From assembly GCA_031362865.1 (NCBI GenBank), contig JANLTH010000125.1, forward strand, positions 3,226-67,225: a stretch of DNA of 64,000 nt. Reading direction: 5' to 3'. Source of the DNA: Burkholderiales bacterium (lineage in GTDB: Bacteria > Pseudomonadota > Gammaproteobacteria > Burkholderiales > JAEUOS01). The notes under the pieces were generated by a model. That model was given only the letters and a program-made list of their open reading frames with translations. It ran no database searches and had not been told where the DNA came from. This document shows positions 47,176 to 58,036 of this stretch, one piece after another. Position 1 is the first letter of the stretch. The number at the start of each line of letters is the position of its first letter. A program made the translations under genes and the position numbers.

Positions 47176-48872
47176 GCGCCGCAGCCAACGCCCGCAGCCC
47201 AATAGTGGCCAGGTTCAATCTGGCGGCGCTGCGGACCAGCTTGCGCTCGCCGTGGACCTGGCTCTCACTGGCCCTGCTGGGGCTGTTGCTGGTCTTTTTG
47301 GTCTGGCCCGTTTTCAACATCCTCTCGGCAAGTTTTTTTGGGCGTGCTGCCGACGGGCGTTCTGGCTGGGCCATCCTGTTTAGCGACCCGCGCTACATGA
47401 AGGCGCTGGGTAATACCATCATGCTGGGCCTTTCAGTCACGTTGTTCGCCTCACTCATTGGCGTTCCGCTGGCCTACTTCACGGCGCGCTTCGACTTTCC
47501 GGGAAAGAGCTTCGTGGCGATTCTGCCGTTGATTACGTTGGTGATTCCTGAAGTGATTGCCGCGCAAACCTGGCTGATGATTTTTGGCAATAACGGCGTG
47601 CTCACGCGAGCAGCCAGCGAGTGGTTTGACATTACCTTGCCGTCGTTTTATGGCTGGCCAGGCTTGGTGCTGGTGATGACCTTTACCTACTACGCGTATG
47701 TGTACATCGGCACCTTGGCGGCGGTGCGCGGCTTTGACGTGCAGCTAGAAGAGGCCGCGCAAAGTTTGGGGAGCCCACCAACCGAAGCGCGCCTGAAAAT
47801 CATGCTGCCGGTGCTCCTGCCTGCGGTGCTCGCCAGCGCTTTGCTGGTATTCACGCTGGTCACAGGCAACTTCGCCACGTCGATGATTTTGGGCCACAAA
47901 GTTGAGCTGCTTTCGGTGCTGACCTACCAGGCCACGGTCTCTGAAATTGGCAGCAGCCCAGTAATGCAAAGCACGCTTGCCAGCACCTCGATTGCCTTGG
48001 TGATGGCAACCCTGTTTGTGCAGCGCTGGATCGTGAATCGTGGGCGCTATGAAATCACCCAAGGGCGCGGCGCGCCGAGTCGGCCGATTCGCGGTGCGGC
48101 GGGGGTGGTTTTTGCGCTGATCGCAGTCGTGGTGGTGGCTTTAACCATGCTGCCGCTGGTCACCTTGTTGGTGGGTGCGTTCACCCGCGCGCGCGGGCCC
48201 GTAATGCGCTGGGGCGAGTGGACATTGGCGAATCTGGAGCGGGTGTTCGTCAATGCCCCCGAACCGGTGTGGAACACGATGCTGTACTCCGCCATTGCCA
48301 CCACGATTGGCGTGGTGATGGCCACTTTGGTGAGCTACTTGATTGTGAAAAAGAAGAGCCTGATTACGCCATGGCTGGACTACCTTTCGTCGCTGCCGCT
48401 GGCGCTTTCTGGCACCGTGATCGGGATCGGCCTGATGATGACTTTCAGCAAAGGCTGGCTCAGCTTAAGCGGTACGGCATCGATCATTGTGCTGGCTTAC
48501 GTGGTGCGGCGCTTGTCGTTTGGGGTGCGCAATGCTTCCTCCACGCTATTCAATATCTCCAATTCGATTGAAGAAGCATCGATCAGCTTGGGCGTGCCGC
48601 CCGTGACGACTTTTTTCCGCGCGGTGCTGCCCCTGATGATCCCTGCAATTGCGGCCGCCGCGGTGCTGACTTGGACGACTACCGTGGCCGAATTGAGTGC
48701 CTCGGTGATCGTTTACTCGCCCGGGCGCGAAACGATGCCGATCCAGATCTTTCGGCTGATCGACAGCGGCTTGATGGCGCAGGCCTCGGCTTACGGGCTG
48801 CTGTTGATCGGGGTCATCGTGGTGCCCGTATTGATCGCCACCAAACTCTTTAAGATCAAACTTTTCGCGTAG
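47172..48872 (+). CDS. ABC transporter permease, duplicated (two-module FbpB/AfuB/ThiP type)
   Basis: Start MSAAANARS (ATG 47172) overlaps the ATPase stop as ATGA. 566 aa with two BPD-transporter modules, each carrying an EAA-like loop (LEEAAQSLG; IEEASISLG). Confidence 0.9.
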   Translation: MSAAANARSPIVARFNLAALRTSLRSPWTWLSLALLGLLLVFLVWPVFNILSASFFGRAADGRSGWAILFSDPRYMKALGNTIMLGLSVTLFASLIGVPLAYFTARFDFPGKSFVAILPLITLVIPEVIAAQTWLMIFGNNGVLTRAASEWFDITLPSFYGWPGLVLVMTFTYYAYVYIGTLAAVRGFDVQLEEAAQSLGSPPTEARLKIMLPVLLPAVLASALLVFTLVTGNFATSMILGHKVELLSVLTYQATVSEIGSSPVMQSTLASTSIALVMATLFVQRWIVNRGRYEITQGRGAPSRPIRGAAGVVFALIAVVVVALTMLPLVTLLVGAFTRARGPVMRWGEWTLANLERVFVNAPEPVWNTMLYSAIATTIGVVMATLVSYLIVKKKSLITPWLDYLSSLPLALSGTVIGIGLMMTFSKGWLSLSGTASIIVLAYVVRRLSFGVRNASSTLFNISNSIEEASISLGVPPVTTFFRAVLPLMIPAIAAAAVLTWTTTVAELSASVIVYSPGRETMPIQIFRLIDSGLMAQASAYGLLLIGVIVVPVLIATKLFKIKLFA

Positions 48873-48901
48873 ATTTCAACTTCTCACCCCAAAGGAAACT
48901 T

Positions 48902-49915
48902 ATGGACTCGACACAACTTTCCGTCTCGCGCCGCCAGTTGTTGGCGGGCCTTTCTGCTGGCCTCGCGTTGCCCGGCCAAAGCCTGTACGCACAAGACTCC
49001 GGCCAAGTGACGCTGTACACCTCGAACAACGCTCAATCGGTGCAAGCCGTGACGGACGCGGCGAAAAAGACGCTGCCCGGGGTCAAGGTCAATGCGATCA
49101 CCGGGGGCAGCCTGCCACTCTTGAAGCGCATGGAAACCGAGGCCGCCAAGCCGCAAGGCGATGTTTTCTGGACGTCGAGTGCCAATGTGATGGAGAACTT
49201 TAAACCGCTCTTCGAGGTCCATAAATCGCCAGAATCCGCCGCCATTCCAGCCGCTTTGCACCACCCGCAAAACCTGTGGATCGCGGCCAACGTGCATATC
49301 GTGGTGGCGATGCTCAACACCAAGCGTCTCGAAGGGGCAGCGCCGACCAGTTGGGCCGATCTAACCGACCCGAAGTACAAAGGCAAGATCATCATCGCCG
49401 ACCCCGGTAATAGTTCCACCGCCTTTACCGCGCTGTGGGGTATCGAGCAGGTATTGGGTGCCGAGGGCTTACGCAAATTGGCTGCCAACATCACCGTCTC
49501 AACGGCTGCGGCCAACGTGGTGCGCTCAGTGGGGCAGGGCGAGTACGCGGTGGGTATCACCTTCGAATCGACCGGCTACCCTTACGTAGCTGGCGGTCAG
49601 AAAGAGATCAAGCTGCTTTATCCGAAAGACGGCACGTTTTCAGTTACCGACAACATGGCGCTCATCAAGGGGGCACCGAATGCTGCCAACGCGCGCAAGA
49701 TGGCCGACTTTCTGCTATCCAAAAATGCGCAGATTGCCTTGCTTGAAAATGCCTTCCGCCGCCCGAGTCGTAGCGACATCGATGTCTCAAAGTTCACCGA
49801 AATGCCGGCTATTTCTGGTATCAAGCTGGTGGCGCTGGACGACAAGCTGGCCGCCGCAGGTGCCGCTGCTTTCTTGACGCGCTGGCAAGGCTTTGTCGCA
49901 GCCGGGCGCAGCTGA
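48902..49915 (+). CDS. ABC transporter periplasmic substrate-binding protein (Fbp/Afu-like family 1 SBP)
   Basis: RR-type signal peptide (VSRRQLLAGLSAGLALPGQSLYA). The mature protein has the pattern VTLYTS...D.FW.S... typical of iron(III)/AfuA-type binding proteins. Confidence 0.8.
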   Translation: MDSTQLSVSRRQLLAGLSAGLALPGQSLYAQDSGQVTLYTSNNAQSVQAVTDAAKKTLPGVKVNAITGGSLPLLKRMETEAAKPQGDVFWTSSANVMENFKPLFEVHKSPESAAIPAALHHPQNLWIAANVHIVVAMLNTKRLEGAAPTSWADLTDPKYKGKIIIADPGNSSTAFTALWGIEQVLGAEGLRKLAANITVSTAAANVVRSVGQGEYAVGITFESTGYPYVAGGQKEIKLLYPKDGTFSVTDNMALIKGAPNAANARKMADFLLSKNAQIALLENAFRRPSRSDIDVSKFTEMPAISGIKLVALDDKLAAAGAAAFLTRWQGFVAAGRS

Positions 49916-49918
49916 GTT

Positions 49919-50584
49919 TTGCTCGGCCCCGTGACCGCTGCCCCAACCAGCAAACGCCGCGCCGCTGACGTCGCCTATGACGCGGTGGAGTCGCTGATCG
50001 TCACGCTGCAAATCGCGCCGGGCAGCGCCGTCGTCGAAGCGGAAATTGCGCAGCGCACGGGCCTTGGCCGCACACCCGTGCGCGAGGCCTTGCTGCGCAT
50101 GGTGTCGGTGGGGCTGGTGGTGCAGCAGCCGCGCCGTGGCTTGATGGTCTCGGCAATCGACTTGGGTCAGCATTTCGATTTGCTGCATACCCGCCGCGCA
50201 CTCGAATCGCTGATCGCCGCGTCCTCCGCGCGCCGCGCCACACCGGCGCAGCGCAAAGCGCTGGTGCGGTGCGCGCAGAGCATGCAGAAAGCGGCGCTGC
50301 GCCAGCGCCTGGACGAGTACATGCAAGCCGATCACGCACTCGATCAGGTCAACCACGAAGCAAGCCAAAACCAGTCTGCGATTAAGGCGGTGGTGCCTTT
50401 GATCGTGCAGTGCCGTCGCTTTTGGTACGCCTACCAGTACGAAGGTGAGATGGACGAGGGCGCGGCAGCCCATCTGGCACTTGCCGAGGGCATCGCTTCC
50501 GGGGTTGAATCGGCCGCAATCGGTGGGGCGAATCGGCTGCTCGACTATCTTGAAAAGTTTGCCCAACGGGTGATTAACCGGTAG
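49919..50584 (+). CDS. GntR family transcriptional regulator (FadR/FCD subfamily)
   Basis: wHTH segment ...EAEIAQRTGLGRTPVREAL.RM followed by an all-helical FCD domain. The start is uncertain (TTG 49919 or GTG 49931). Confidence 0.85.
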   Translation: MLGPVTAAPTSKRRAADVAYDAVESLIVTLQIAPGSAVVEAEIAQRTGLGRTPVREALLRMVSVGLVVQQPRRGLMVSAIDLGQHFDLLHTRRALESLIAASSARRATPAQRKALVRCAQSMQKAALRQRLDEYMQADHALDQVNHEASQNQSAIKAVVPLIVQCRRFWYAYQYEGEMDEGAAAHLALAEGIASGVESAAIGGANRLLDYLEKFAQRVINR

Positions 50585-51512
50585 ACGGCTTTGCCGTTAT
50601 CAGCAGCACGCCCGCCGCTGCACAGGCGAAGGCCAGTAAGTGCGGCAGTGTGATGCTTTCCCCCAAAAACAGCACCCCAACCACGCAGGCCGCCAACGGC
50701 AACACGATGGTGAAGACCCCGGCTTGATTGGCGGGCATCGCGGTCAAGCCGGTGAGCCACAGCCAAGTGGTGAGCATGCTGGCTGCAATGGCGTAAAACA
50801 CCAGCAGCGCCGAACTGGCCGGGGTGATGCCAGAAAACGAAAACCCCTGCACTTGCCAGAGAAAAAACGGCACAGTCAACCCCAAGCCAATCAGGTTGAT
50901 GAGTGCCGAAATCCGCTTGGGCGAAAGGTGCGCGGTCAGTCGTTTGCCAATTACCACGTAGAGCGCTTCGCAGCACACCGCGCCGAAAACCAGGAGGTTG
51001 CCCAGCCACGCTTGCGGGTAGGCGGGAGACGTGCCCGAACTTGCCGCGCCGCCATCGAGCTTGGCCCATTGCAGCACCAAGATGCCGGTGACTGAAAAAG
51101 CGATGGCGATACAGGTGCGGGTTGACAGCGGCTCGCGCAGCAGTGCCCACGAAAACACCGCCGTCATCGCCGGAATGGTCGCCAGGATCACCCCGGCTGA
51201 GGTAGCCGAGGTCATCGAGACCCCGTACAGCATACAAATCGAAAACAGAAAGTTGCCGAAGAAAGATTCGAGAAAAAGCGTGCGCCACAGGCTCGGGGTG
51301 AGCGTGGCATCTGCGGGCGTGGCACGCATCCAGGGCAGCAGCGCAAGTGCTGCAATCGCAAAGCGCAGGCCCGCCAACACAAACACCGGGAAGGCCGCCA
51401 CCAACGCCTTGGAAAGCGCCACATAAGTCCCGGTGACGGCCATTGCTGCAAAGAGCAGAAAGCCAGCGGCGCGCAGCGAAATGGTCATGGCGCAGGAGTC
51501 TAGCCGATACAT
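50574..51512 (-). CDS. DMT superfamily (EamA-like) transporter
   Basis: 312 aa with ten hydrophobic segments in two EamA halves. It overlaps gntR convergently by 11 nt. Confidence 0.8.
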   Translation of the reverse strand: MYRLDSCAMTISLRAAGFLLFAAMAVTGTYVALSKALVAAFPVFVLAGLRFAIAALALLPWMRATPADATLTPSLWRTLFLESFFGNFLFSICMLYGVSMTSATSAGVILATIPAMTAVFSWALLREPLSTRTCIAIAFSVTGILVLQWAKLDGGAASSGTSPAYPQAWLGNLLVFGAVCCEALYVVIGKRLTAHLSPKRISALINLIGLGLTVPFFLWQVQGFSFSGITPASSALLVFYAIAASMLTTWLWLTGLTAMPANQAGVFTIVLPLAACVVGVLFLGESITLPHLLAFACAAAGVLLITAKPSTG

Positions 51513-51684
51513 CTGCGGCGCATTCGGCGTTCCGCGAATGCCTTGGAGACGCTTATCTGGCGTGCTTCTTCAGGCAATTCCCGTGAAACTTGATGAATGT
51601 CAATAATATTTGCGAAATGGTAAAATCGGGGCGCTGTGTTCTCAGTCCGTCCTTCCAGCCACTTCGCCATAAGGCCCTCGCTCC

Positions 51685-52932
51685 ATGTTCAGTTTTTCGC
51701 ATACGCTTGAAACCGCCGATCCCGAACTTTTCGCTGCTGTCAAAGACGAAAACCGCCGCCAGGAAGATCACATTGAGTTGATCGCTTCCGAAAATTATGT
51801 GAGCGCCGCCGTGCTTGAGGCGCAGGGCTCGCAACTGACCAATAAATATGCGGAAGGCTATCCGGGCAAGCGCTATTACGGCGGCTGCGAGTTTGTCGAC
51901 GTCGCCGAGACGATCGCGCTTGAACGGGTCAAAAAGCTCTTTGGCGCAGAAGCGGCCAATGTGCAAGCCAATTCGGGCTCGCAAGCTAATCAGGCCGTGT
52001 TTTTTGCGCTGCTGCAACCGGGCGATACCTTTCTGGGCTTAAGCCTGGCCGAAGGCGGCCATCTGACCCACGGCATGCCGCTCAATATGTCCGGCAAATG
52101 GTTCAAACCGGTGGCCTACGGTTTGAATGCGAAAGAAGAAATTGACTACGACCAGCTGGAGCGTATCGCACGCGAGGTCAAGCCAAAACTGATTTTGGCC
52201 GGTGCTTCCGCCTACGCACTGCGCATCGATTTTGAGCGCATCGCCAAAGTGGCCAAAGAAGTGGGTGCGTATTTCATGGTGGACATGGCGCACTACGCCG
52301 GGCTGGTAGCCGCAGGTGTTTACCCCAACCCCGTGCCGCATGCCGACGTGGTGACCACCACCACCCACAAAACTCTGCGTGGCCCGCGCGGTGGTGTGAT
52401 TTTGATGAAAGCACAGTACGAAAAAGCGATCAACTCGGCGATTTTCCCCGGTATTCAAGGCGGGCCGCTGATGCATGTGATCGCCGCCAAGGCAGTCGCT
52501 TTTGGTGAGGCCTTGAAGCCCGAGTTCAAGGTCTATCAAGAGCAAGTCGTCATCAACGCGCGCGTGATGGCCGAAACGCTGATCAAGCGGGGCTTGCGGA
52601 TTGTTTCGGGTCGCACCGAGTCGCATGTGTTCTTGGTCGACTTGCGCGCGATGAAAATCACGGGCAAGGCGGCTGAAGCGGCTTTGGGCCAAGCGCACAT
52701 CACGGTCAACAAAAACGCCATCCCGAACGACCCGGAAAAGCCGATGGTCACCTCCGGCGTGCGCTTAGGCTCGCCCGCCATGACCACGCGCGGCTTCGGT
52801 GCGGTTGAGGCCGAACAGGTAGCGAATCTGGTAGCCGATGTATTAGCCAACCCAAGCGACCAAGCCAACTTGGCCACCGTGCGCGCCAAGGTAAGCGCGC
52901 TATGCACCCGATTCCCGGTCTACGGAAAATAA
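51685..52932 (+). CDS. glyA: Serine hydroxymethyltransferase
   Basis: LIASENYVS, the PLP-lysine region [16 protein letters not shown], 415 aa. Confidence 0.95.
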   Translation: MFSFSHTLETADPELFAAVKDENRRQEDHIELIASENYVSAAVLEAQGSQLTNKYAEGYPGKRYYGGCEFVDVAETIALERVKKLFGAEAANVQANSGSQANQAVFFALLQPGDTFLGLSLAEGGHLTHGMPLNMSGKWFKPVAYGLNAKEEIDYDQLERIAREVKPKLILAGASAYALRIDFERIAKVAKEVGAYFMVDMAHYAGLVAAGVYPNPVPHADVVTTTTHKTLRGPRGGVILMKAQYEKAINSAIFPGIQGGPLMHVIAAKAVAFGEALKPEFKVYQEQVVINARVMAETLIKRGLRIVSGRTESHVFLVDLRAMKITGKAAEAALGQAHITVNKNAIPNDPEKPMVTSGVRLGSPAMTTRGFGAVEAEQVANLVADVLANPSDQANLATVRAKVSALCTRFPVYGK

Positions 52933-52980
52933 TCCGCAAGCCGTGAACCTCGCGCCTCGCGCCCTACCCCTCACCCCAAA

Positions 52981-53445
52981 ATGAAATGCCCCTTCTGCCA
53001 CAACGAAGACACGCAAGTCGTCGACAGCCGCGAAGCTGAAGACGGCGCGACGATTCGTCGCAGGCGGCGCTGTTTGAGTTGCGAAAAGCGCTTCACCACC
53101 TACGAGCGGATCGAGCTGGCGATGCCGCAGTTGGTGAAAAAAGATGGCTCGCGGGTCGATTTTGATACTGCGAAATTGCAGGCCAGCTTCAAGCTTGCCT
53201 TGCGTAAACGCAATGTGCCGATTGAGCGGGTAGAAGCTTCGATTTCGCGCATCGAAGAGAAGCTCGCCACGCTGGGTGAGCGCGAAGTAGCAACCGAAGT
53301 AGTGGGCGAATTGGTGATGCGCGAATTGCGCAAATTGGACAAAGTGGCCTTCATCCGCTTTGCTTCCGTTTACCGCAATTTTGAAGACCCGGACGACTTT
53401 AAAGATGTCGTGGCTGAGGTGATGCCAGTGCGTCGCAAGAGGTAG
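52981..53445 (+). CDS. nrdR: Transcriptional repressor NrdR
   Basis: [17 protein letters not shown] zinc ribbon plus an ATP-cone domain. Confidence 0.95.
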   Translation: MKCPFCHNEDTQVVDSREAEDGATIRRRRRCLSCEKRFTTYERIELAMPQLVKKDGSRVDFDTAKLQASFKLALRKRNVPIERVEASISRIEEKLATLGEREVATEVVGELVMRELRKLDKVAFIRFASVYRNFEDPDDFKDVVAEVMPVRRKR

Positions 53446-53516
53446 ACGTAAGGCGGCTTGCGGGCCCAAGCCCCGGCACCGCTCTCAGCTTAAGCCCAAG
53501 CAGTAAACTTCTGCGG

Positions 53517-54614
53517 ATGTACTCCGATCAAGACCAGATTTTCATGCAGCGCGCGCTCGACTTGGCGGCGCGTGGCCTCTACACCGCCGCGCCCAATCCC
53601 CGGGTGGGCTGCGTAATCGTTAAAGACAAAAATATCGTCGGCGAGGGCTATCACGCCTTTGCGGGCGAGCCGCATGCCGAAGCCAACGCGCTCAAAGTCG
53701 CGGGCGAGAATGCGCGTGGGGCCACTGTTTACGTGACGCTCGAGCCGTGCAATCACACTGGCCGCACGCCGCCGTGCGCCGATGCGCTGATTCGCGCCGG
53801 GGTCGCCCGCGTAATTGGCGCGATGGAAGACCCGAACCCGAATGTCGCGGGCGGCGGTTTTGAACACCTGCGCGCCGCTGGCATCGAGGTGCGCAATGGC
53901 CTGATGGAGGCCGAAGCGCGCGAACTCAACATCGGCTTTCATCGCCGCATGACCACCGGCCTGCCTTGGGTGCGACTGAAAATTGCCGCCAGTCTGGACG
54001 GTAAAACCGCGCTCGCCAACGGCCAAAGCCAATGGATCACCGGGCCAGACGCGCGCCGCGACGGCCACCACTGGCGGGCCCGCGCCTGCGCGGTGCTCAC
54101 CGGCATTGGCACGGTGCTTGAAGACAACCCGCAATTGAATGTGCGCGATGTCATTACCCCGCGCCAGCCGGCCAAGGTGATTGTCGACAGCCAGTTGCAA
54201 ACCCCGCCCGACGCGCGCATTCTTGAAACCTCGCTTGACGGCGGCAAGGTACTGATCGCCGCTGCGACGAATGACCCGGAGAAGCGCGCCCAGCTTGAGT
54301 CTCGGGGCGCTGAGATCATCATTTTGCCGACCCCCAGCGGCAAGGTAGACCTGCCCGAATTGTTGCGCGAGCTGGGGCGGCGTCACATGAACGAAATACA
54401 TGTCGAATCAGGTTTCAAGCTCAATGGCTCGTTTCTGCGCGAAGCTTGTGTGGACGAACTGCTGGTCTATTTCGCCGCTAGCATCATCGGTGACCAGGGT
54501 CAAGGCATGTTCAATCTGGCCGAACTGACAGAGCTCGAGCAGCGCGTAAAACTGAAGCTGCACAATGTGACGCAACTGGGCAATGATTTGCGATTGATGG
54601 CGCGTTTGGCTTAA
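53517..54614 (+). CDS. ribD: Bifunctional riboflavin biosynthesis protein RibD (deaminase/reductase)
   Basis: CMP/dCMP deaminase zinc motif HAEANAL...TLEPCNHTGRTPPC, followed by the RibD C-terminal reductase domain. Confidence 0.95.
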   Translation: MYSDQDQIFMQRALDLAARGLYTAAPNPRVGCVIVKDKNIVGEGYHAFAGEPHAEANALKVAGENARGATVYVTLEPCNHTGRTPPCADALIRAGVARVIGAMEDPNPNVAGGGFEHLRAAGIEVRNGLMEAEARELNIGFHRRMTTGLPWVRLKIAASLDGKTALANGQSQWITGPDARRDGHHWRARACAVLTGIGTVLEDNPQLNVRDVITPRQPAKVIVDSQLQTPPDARILETSLDGGKVLIAAATNDPEKRAQLESRGAEIIILPTPSGKVDLPELLRELGRRHMNEIHVESGFKLNGSFLREACVDELLVYFAASIIGDQGQGMFNLAELTELEQRVKLKLHNVTQLGNDLRLMARLA

Positions 54615-54629
54615 AGGACTGGCAGACCC

Positions 54630-55253
54630 ATGTTTACCGGCATCATCACCGCTTTGGGCACGATCAGTGCGATCACGCCACTCGGCACGTCAGCAGATTC
54701 GGGCCTGCGCTTGGCGCTCAGAACCCCGCGCGGCTGGCTGGCCGATGTGGGTTTGGGTGATTCGATTGCCCTTAACGGCGCGTGCATGACCGTTGTGGCC
54801 AAAAGCGGCAGCAGCTTTCAGATCGACATCTCGCGCGAGAGCCTTTCCAAAACCACCGGGCTCGATGTGGTGGGCAATGAAGTCAATCTCGAAAAGGCCT
54901 TGCGCTTGAACGACCGCCTAGGGGGCCATTTGGTCAGTGGCCACGTGGACGGCACGGGCATCGTGCAAAAGTTTGCCCAAGTCGGCGAGTCGTGGCAATT
55001 GGTCGTCCGTGCGCCTAGGGCGCTGGGCAAGTATCTCGCCTACAAGGGGTCGATTACCGTCAATGGTGTGTCGCTCACGGTGAACCACGTGCGCGATCTG
55101 CGTGCGGGTTGCGAATTTTCAATCAACCTGATTCCGCATACCGTGCAAGTGACCGCGCTGAAGCATTTGGCGGCAGGCGCGCCGGTGAATTTAGAAATTG
55201 ACACTGTCGCACGGTATGTGGAGCGGATGCTGAGCTCCGCGACATCCCGCTAG
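54630..55253 (+). CDS. ribE: Riboflavin synthase
   Basis: [11 protein letters not shown]-terminus with duplicated lumazine-binding repeats ([13 protein letters not shown]; [12 protein letters not shown]). Confidence 0.9.
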   Translation: MFTGIITALGTISAITPLGTSADSGLRLALRTPRGWLADVGLGDSIALNGACMTVVAKSGSSFQIDISRESLSKTTGLDVVGNEVNLEKALRLNDRLGGHLVSGHVDGTGIVQKFAQVGESWQLVVRAPRALGKYLAYKGSITVNGVSLTVNHVRDLRAGCEFSINLIPHTVQVTALKHLAAGAPVNLEIDTVARYVERMLSSATSR

Positions 55254-55282
55254 CCAACTCGCAAATTCGGACTCACCCTCTC

Positions 55283-56386
55283 ATGCTCGCCCCCCAATCC
55301 TGCATGTCAGCCAAGCCACCCCACACGCCAACCGCTACCGCTTCCAGCCCGTGGTTGCACTGGGCAATTGCGCAGATCGAGGCGGATTTCCAGCGTTCGG
55401 CTGATACGCACCTGATTGTGCTGCCGCTCAAGCGTTACGCCGCAGCCGGGATCGATTTTTACTTTAAAGATGAGTCCACCCACCCTACCGGCAGCCTGAA
55501 GCACCGGCTGGCGCGCTCGCTGTTTCTCTACGCACTGTGCAACGGTTGGCTGCGTGAGGGCATGACAGTGGTAGAGGCATCAAGCGGCTCCACTGCGGTG
55601 AGCGAAGCCTACTTCGCCCGCTTGCTGGGCCTGCCGTTTGTGGCGGTCATGCCGCGCAGCACGTCGCCAGAAAAGGTCACGCAGATCGCTTTTTACGGGG
55701 CGCGCTGCCATTTTGTCGAAAAAGCGGCCGAGGTCTACTCTGAAGCGCAGGCGGTCGCGCTTGCCGCCGGTGGCCACTACATGGACCAATTCACCTATGC
55801 CGAGCGCGCTACTGACTGGCGCGGCAACAACAACATTGCCGACAGCATGTTTACGCAAATGGCGCACGAGCGCCACCCTGTGCCGCGTTGGATTGTGGTG
55901 GGGGCGGGCACTGGCGGCACAAGTGCCACGATTGGCCGCTATTTGCGCTATCACCGCCATGCCACGCAACTTTGTGTGGCCGACCCGGCAGGTTCGGTGT
56001 TTGCGCGCTACCACGCCAGCGGTGATGCCGCGCTCACCTCCACCGGGTCGCGCATCGAAGGGATTGGTCGACCGCGCGTGGAGCCCAGCTTTATCCCGAC
56101 TTTGGTTGATCGTATGATCGAAGTGAGTGATCTGGAGTCGGTGGCCGCGATGCGCGCGCTTTCCGCGCTGCTCGGGCGCAAAGTAGGGCCGTCAACCGGT
56201 ACCAACTTTTGGGCGATGACCCAGCTTGCCGACGAAATGCTGGCGCACGGCGAGCCGGGCGCAATCTTGTCGTTAATTTGCGATGCCGGGGAGCGCTATT
56301 TGCCCACTTACCACGACCCGGCGTGGGTGTCAGCTCGATTCGGCGACTGCGGCCCCGCAGCAGCCCGGCTGTCCGATTCGCGCTGA
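55283..56386 (+). CDS. PLP-dependent cysteine synthase/CBS-family protein
   Basis: PLP-lysine context [12 protein letters not shown] and glycine loop GAGTGGT. The start is uncertain (55283 or ATG 55304). Confidence 0.8.
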   Translation: MLAPQSCMSAKPPHTPTATASSPWLHWAIAQIEADFQRSADTHLIVLPLKRYAAAGIDFYFKDESTHPTGSLKHRLARSLFLYALCNGWLREGMTVVEASSGSTAVSEAYFARLLGLPFVAVMPRSTSPEKVTQIAFYGARCHFVEKAAEVYSEAQAVALAAGGHYMDQFTYAERATDWRGNNNIADSMFTQMAHERHPVPRWIVVGAGTGGTSATIGRYLRYHRHATQLCVADPAGSVFARYHASGDAALTSTGSRIEGIGRPRVEPSFIPTLVDRMIEVSDLESVAAMRALSALLGRKVGPSTGTNFWAMTQLADEMLAHGEPGAILSLICDAGERYLPTYHDPAWVSARFGDCGPAAARLSDSR

Positions 56387-56515
56387 ACCGTCAGTAGGCA
56401 CAATCCAGCGCCAGGCAGGGGTTGCGAAACAAAAATTGAAGCATTTTTCGTGCCTCAAAGCATGATTCATGCCCCGAAATCCGCGCAACTCGCTGCCGAA
56501 AGTTAAGATGTTTGG

Positions 56516-58021
56516 GTGAAACAAAGCCTTTCCCTCAAGCTCGGCCAGCATCTGGCGCTGACACCGCAACTACAACAGTCGATTAAGCTGTTGCAACTTT
56601 CCACGCTCGAAATGAACGCCGAGCTGGAGCAGTTTCTGGTCGATAACCCACTGCTGGAGCGCGACGACAGCGTGCCCGCCGGGTTCGCGATGCCCCTCAA
56701 TAACTTGCCGGAGAGCCGCGACCAGAGCGCTTCTTCAAGCATTGCGGAGAGTGCGTCGGAGGTCAAAAATGACCCCGGCAGCCAGATCACCGAGCGAACC
56801 GGCGAAGACGCTTGGAGCACCGAAGACACGCGTTTTTCAGATGAACTGCCGATTCGCGGCAAGGGCGATACTGGCGACGCAGATGGCGACGACGGCGGGA
56901 TGGAGCGCTTTGGCGAACCCGCCACCGAAACGCTGCGCGAGCATTTGCTGCGGCAATTGGCGCAGTTGCGACTGTCGGTGCGGGACCGCGGTTTGGTGGC
57001 TTATCTGATCGAATCGATCGACGAAGAGGGCTACCTGCGCGAAAGTGACGAGGAGTTGCTGGAGATTCTGCCCACCGAGCTGGCGATCGAATTGGACGAC
57101 CTGGCGATGGCGCGTGGCTACCTGCGCATGTTTGAGCCGGCCGGGGTGGGCGCGCGCGACATTGGCGACTGCGTTGACCAGCAATTGGCGCTTTTGGGCA
57201 AAACAAGCAAGCGAGCGCCGCCCGGCCTGGAGCTGGCGCGCACCCTGGCGCGAGACGATTTGGCCGCGCTCGCAGCGCGCGATCAAGGGGCGCTCAAGCG
57301 CAAATATCGCTGCACCGACGCACAGCTGCGTGAGGCCGTGGCGCTGATCCGCAGCACCCACCCCAAGCCTGGGGCCGCCTTTGGGCACGACCAAACCCGC
57401 TATGTGGTGGCCGACGTGATTGTCAAAAAAGTGCGCGGCACCTGGACGGTCCGCTTAAACCAAGAAGCGCTGCCGCGCATTCGCGTTAACCGCCTCTACG
57501 CCGACGCAGTGCGGCGGGCCCGCAACACGGCCGATGCCAGCGGCTTGCAGGGGCAATTGCAGGAAGCGCGTTGGTTAATCAAGAATATTCAGCAGCGCTT
57601 TGACACGATCGAGCGGGTCTCGCAGGCGATTGTGGAGCGCCAGCGGCACTTTTTCGACCACGGTGAAGTCGCGATGCGCCCCCTGGTGCTACGCGAGATT
57701 GCCGACACCCTGGGGTTGCACGAATCGACCATTTCGCGCGTCACTACCCAGAAGTACATGCTCACGCCGAGTGGCCTGTACGAGCTCAAATACTTCTTCG
57801 GCAGCCATGTCGCCACAGATTCTGGCGGGGCTGCCTCTTCCACCGCGATCCGCGCGCTGATTAAGCAGATTGTCGGTGGTGAAGATGCGCGCGCGCCGCT
57901 TTCCGATTCAACCATTGCGGAACTCTTGGGAAAGCAAGGTATCGTAGTGGCAAGGCGCACAATTGCAAAATACCGCGAATCGCTTAAGATTGATTCAGTC
58001 TCGCAACGCCGCCGTGTTTGA
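56516..58021 (+). CDS. rpoN: RNA polymerase sigma-54 factor
   Basis: Region I [27 protein letters not shown]-type sequence, an acidic region II, and the C-terminal RpoN box [10 protein letters not shown]. GTG start. Confidence 0.95.
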   Translation: [501 protein letters not shown]

Positions 58022-58036
58022 GTGGTGTCTGCACCA

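Noticed and set aside
51513-51684. Possible riboswitch or leader upstream of glyA (I looked for ZTP/pfl-like or other folate-related motifs).
   Set aside because: I could not recognise any conserved riboswitch core, and only a weak TAAAAT -10-like hexamer without a convincing -35.
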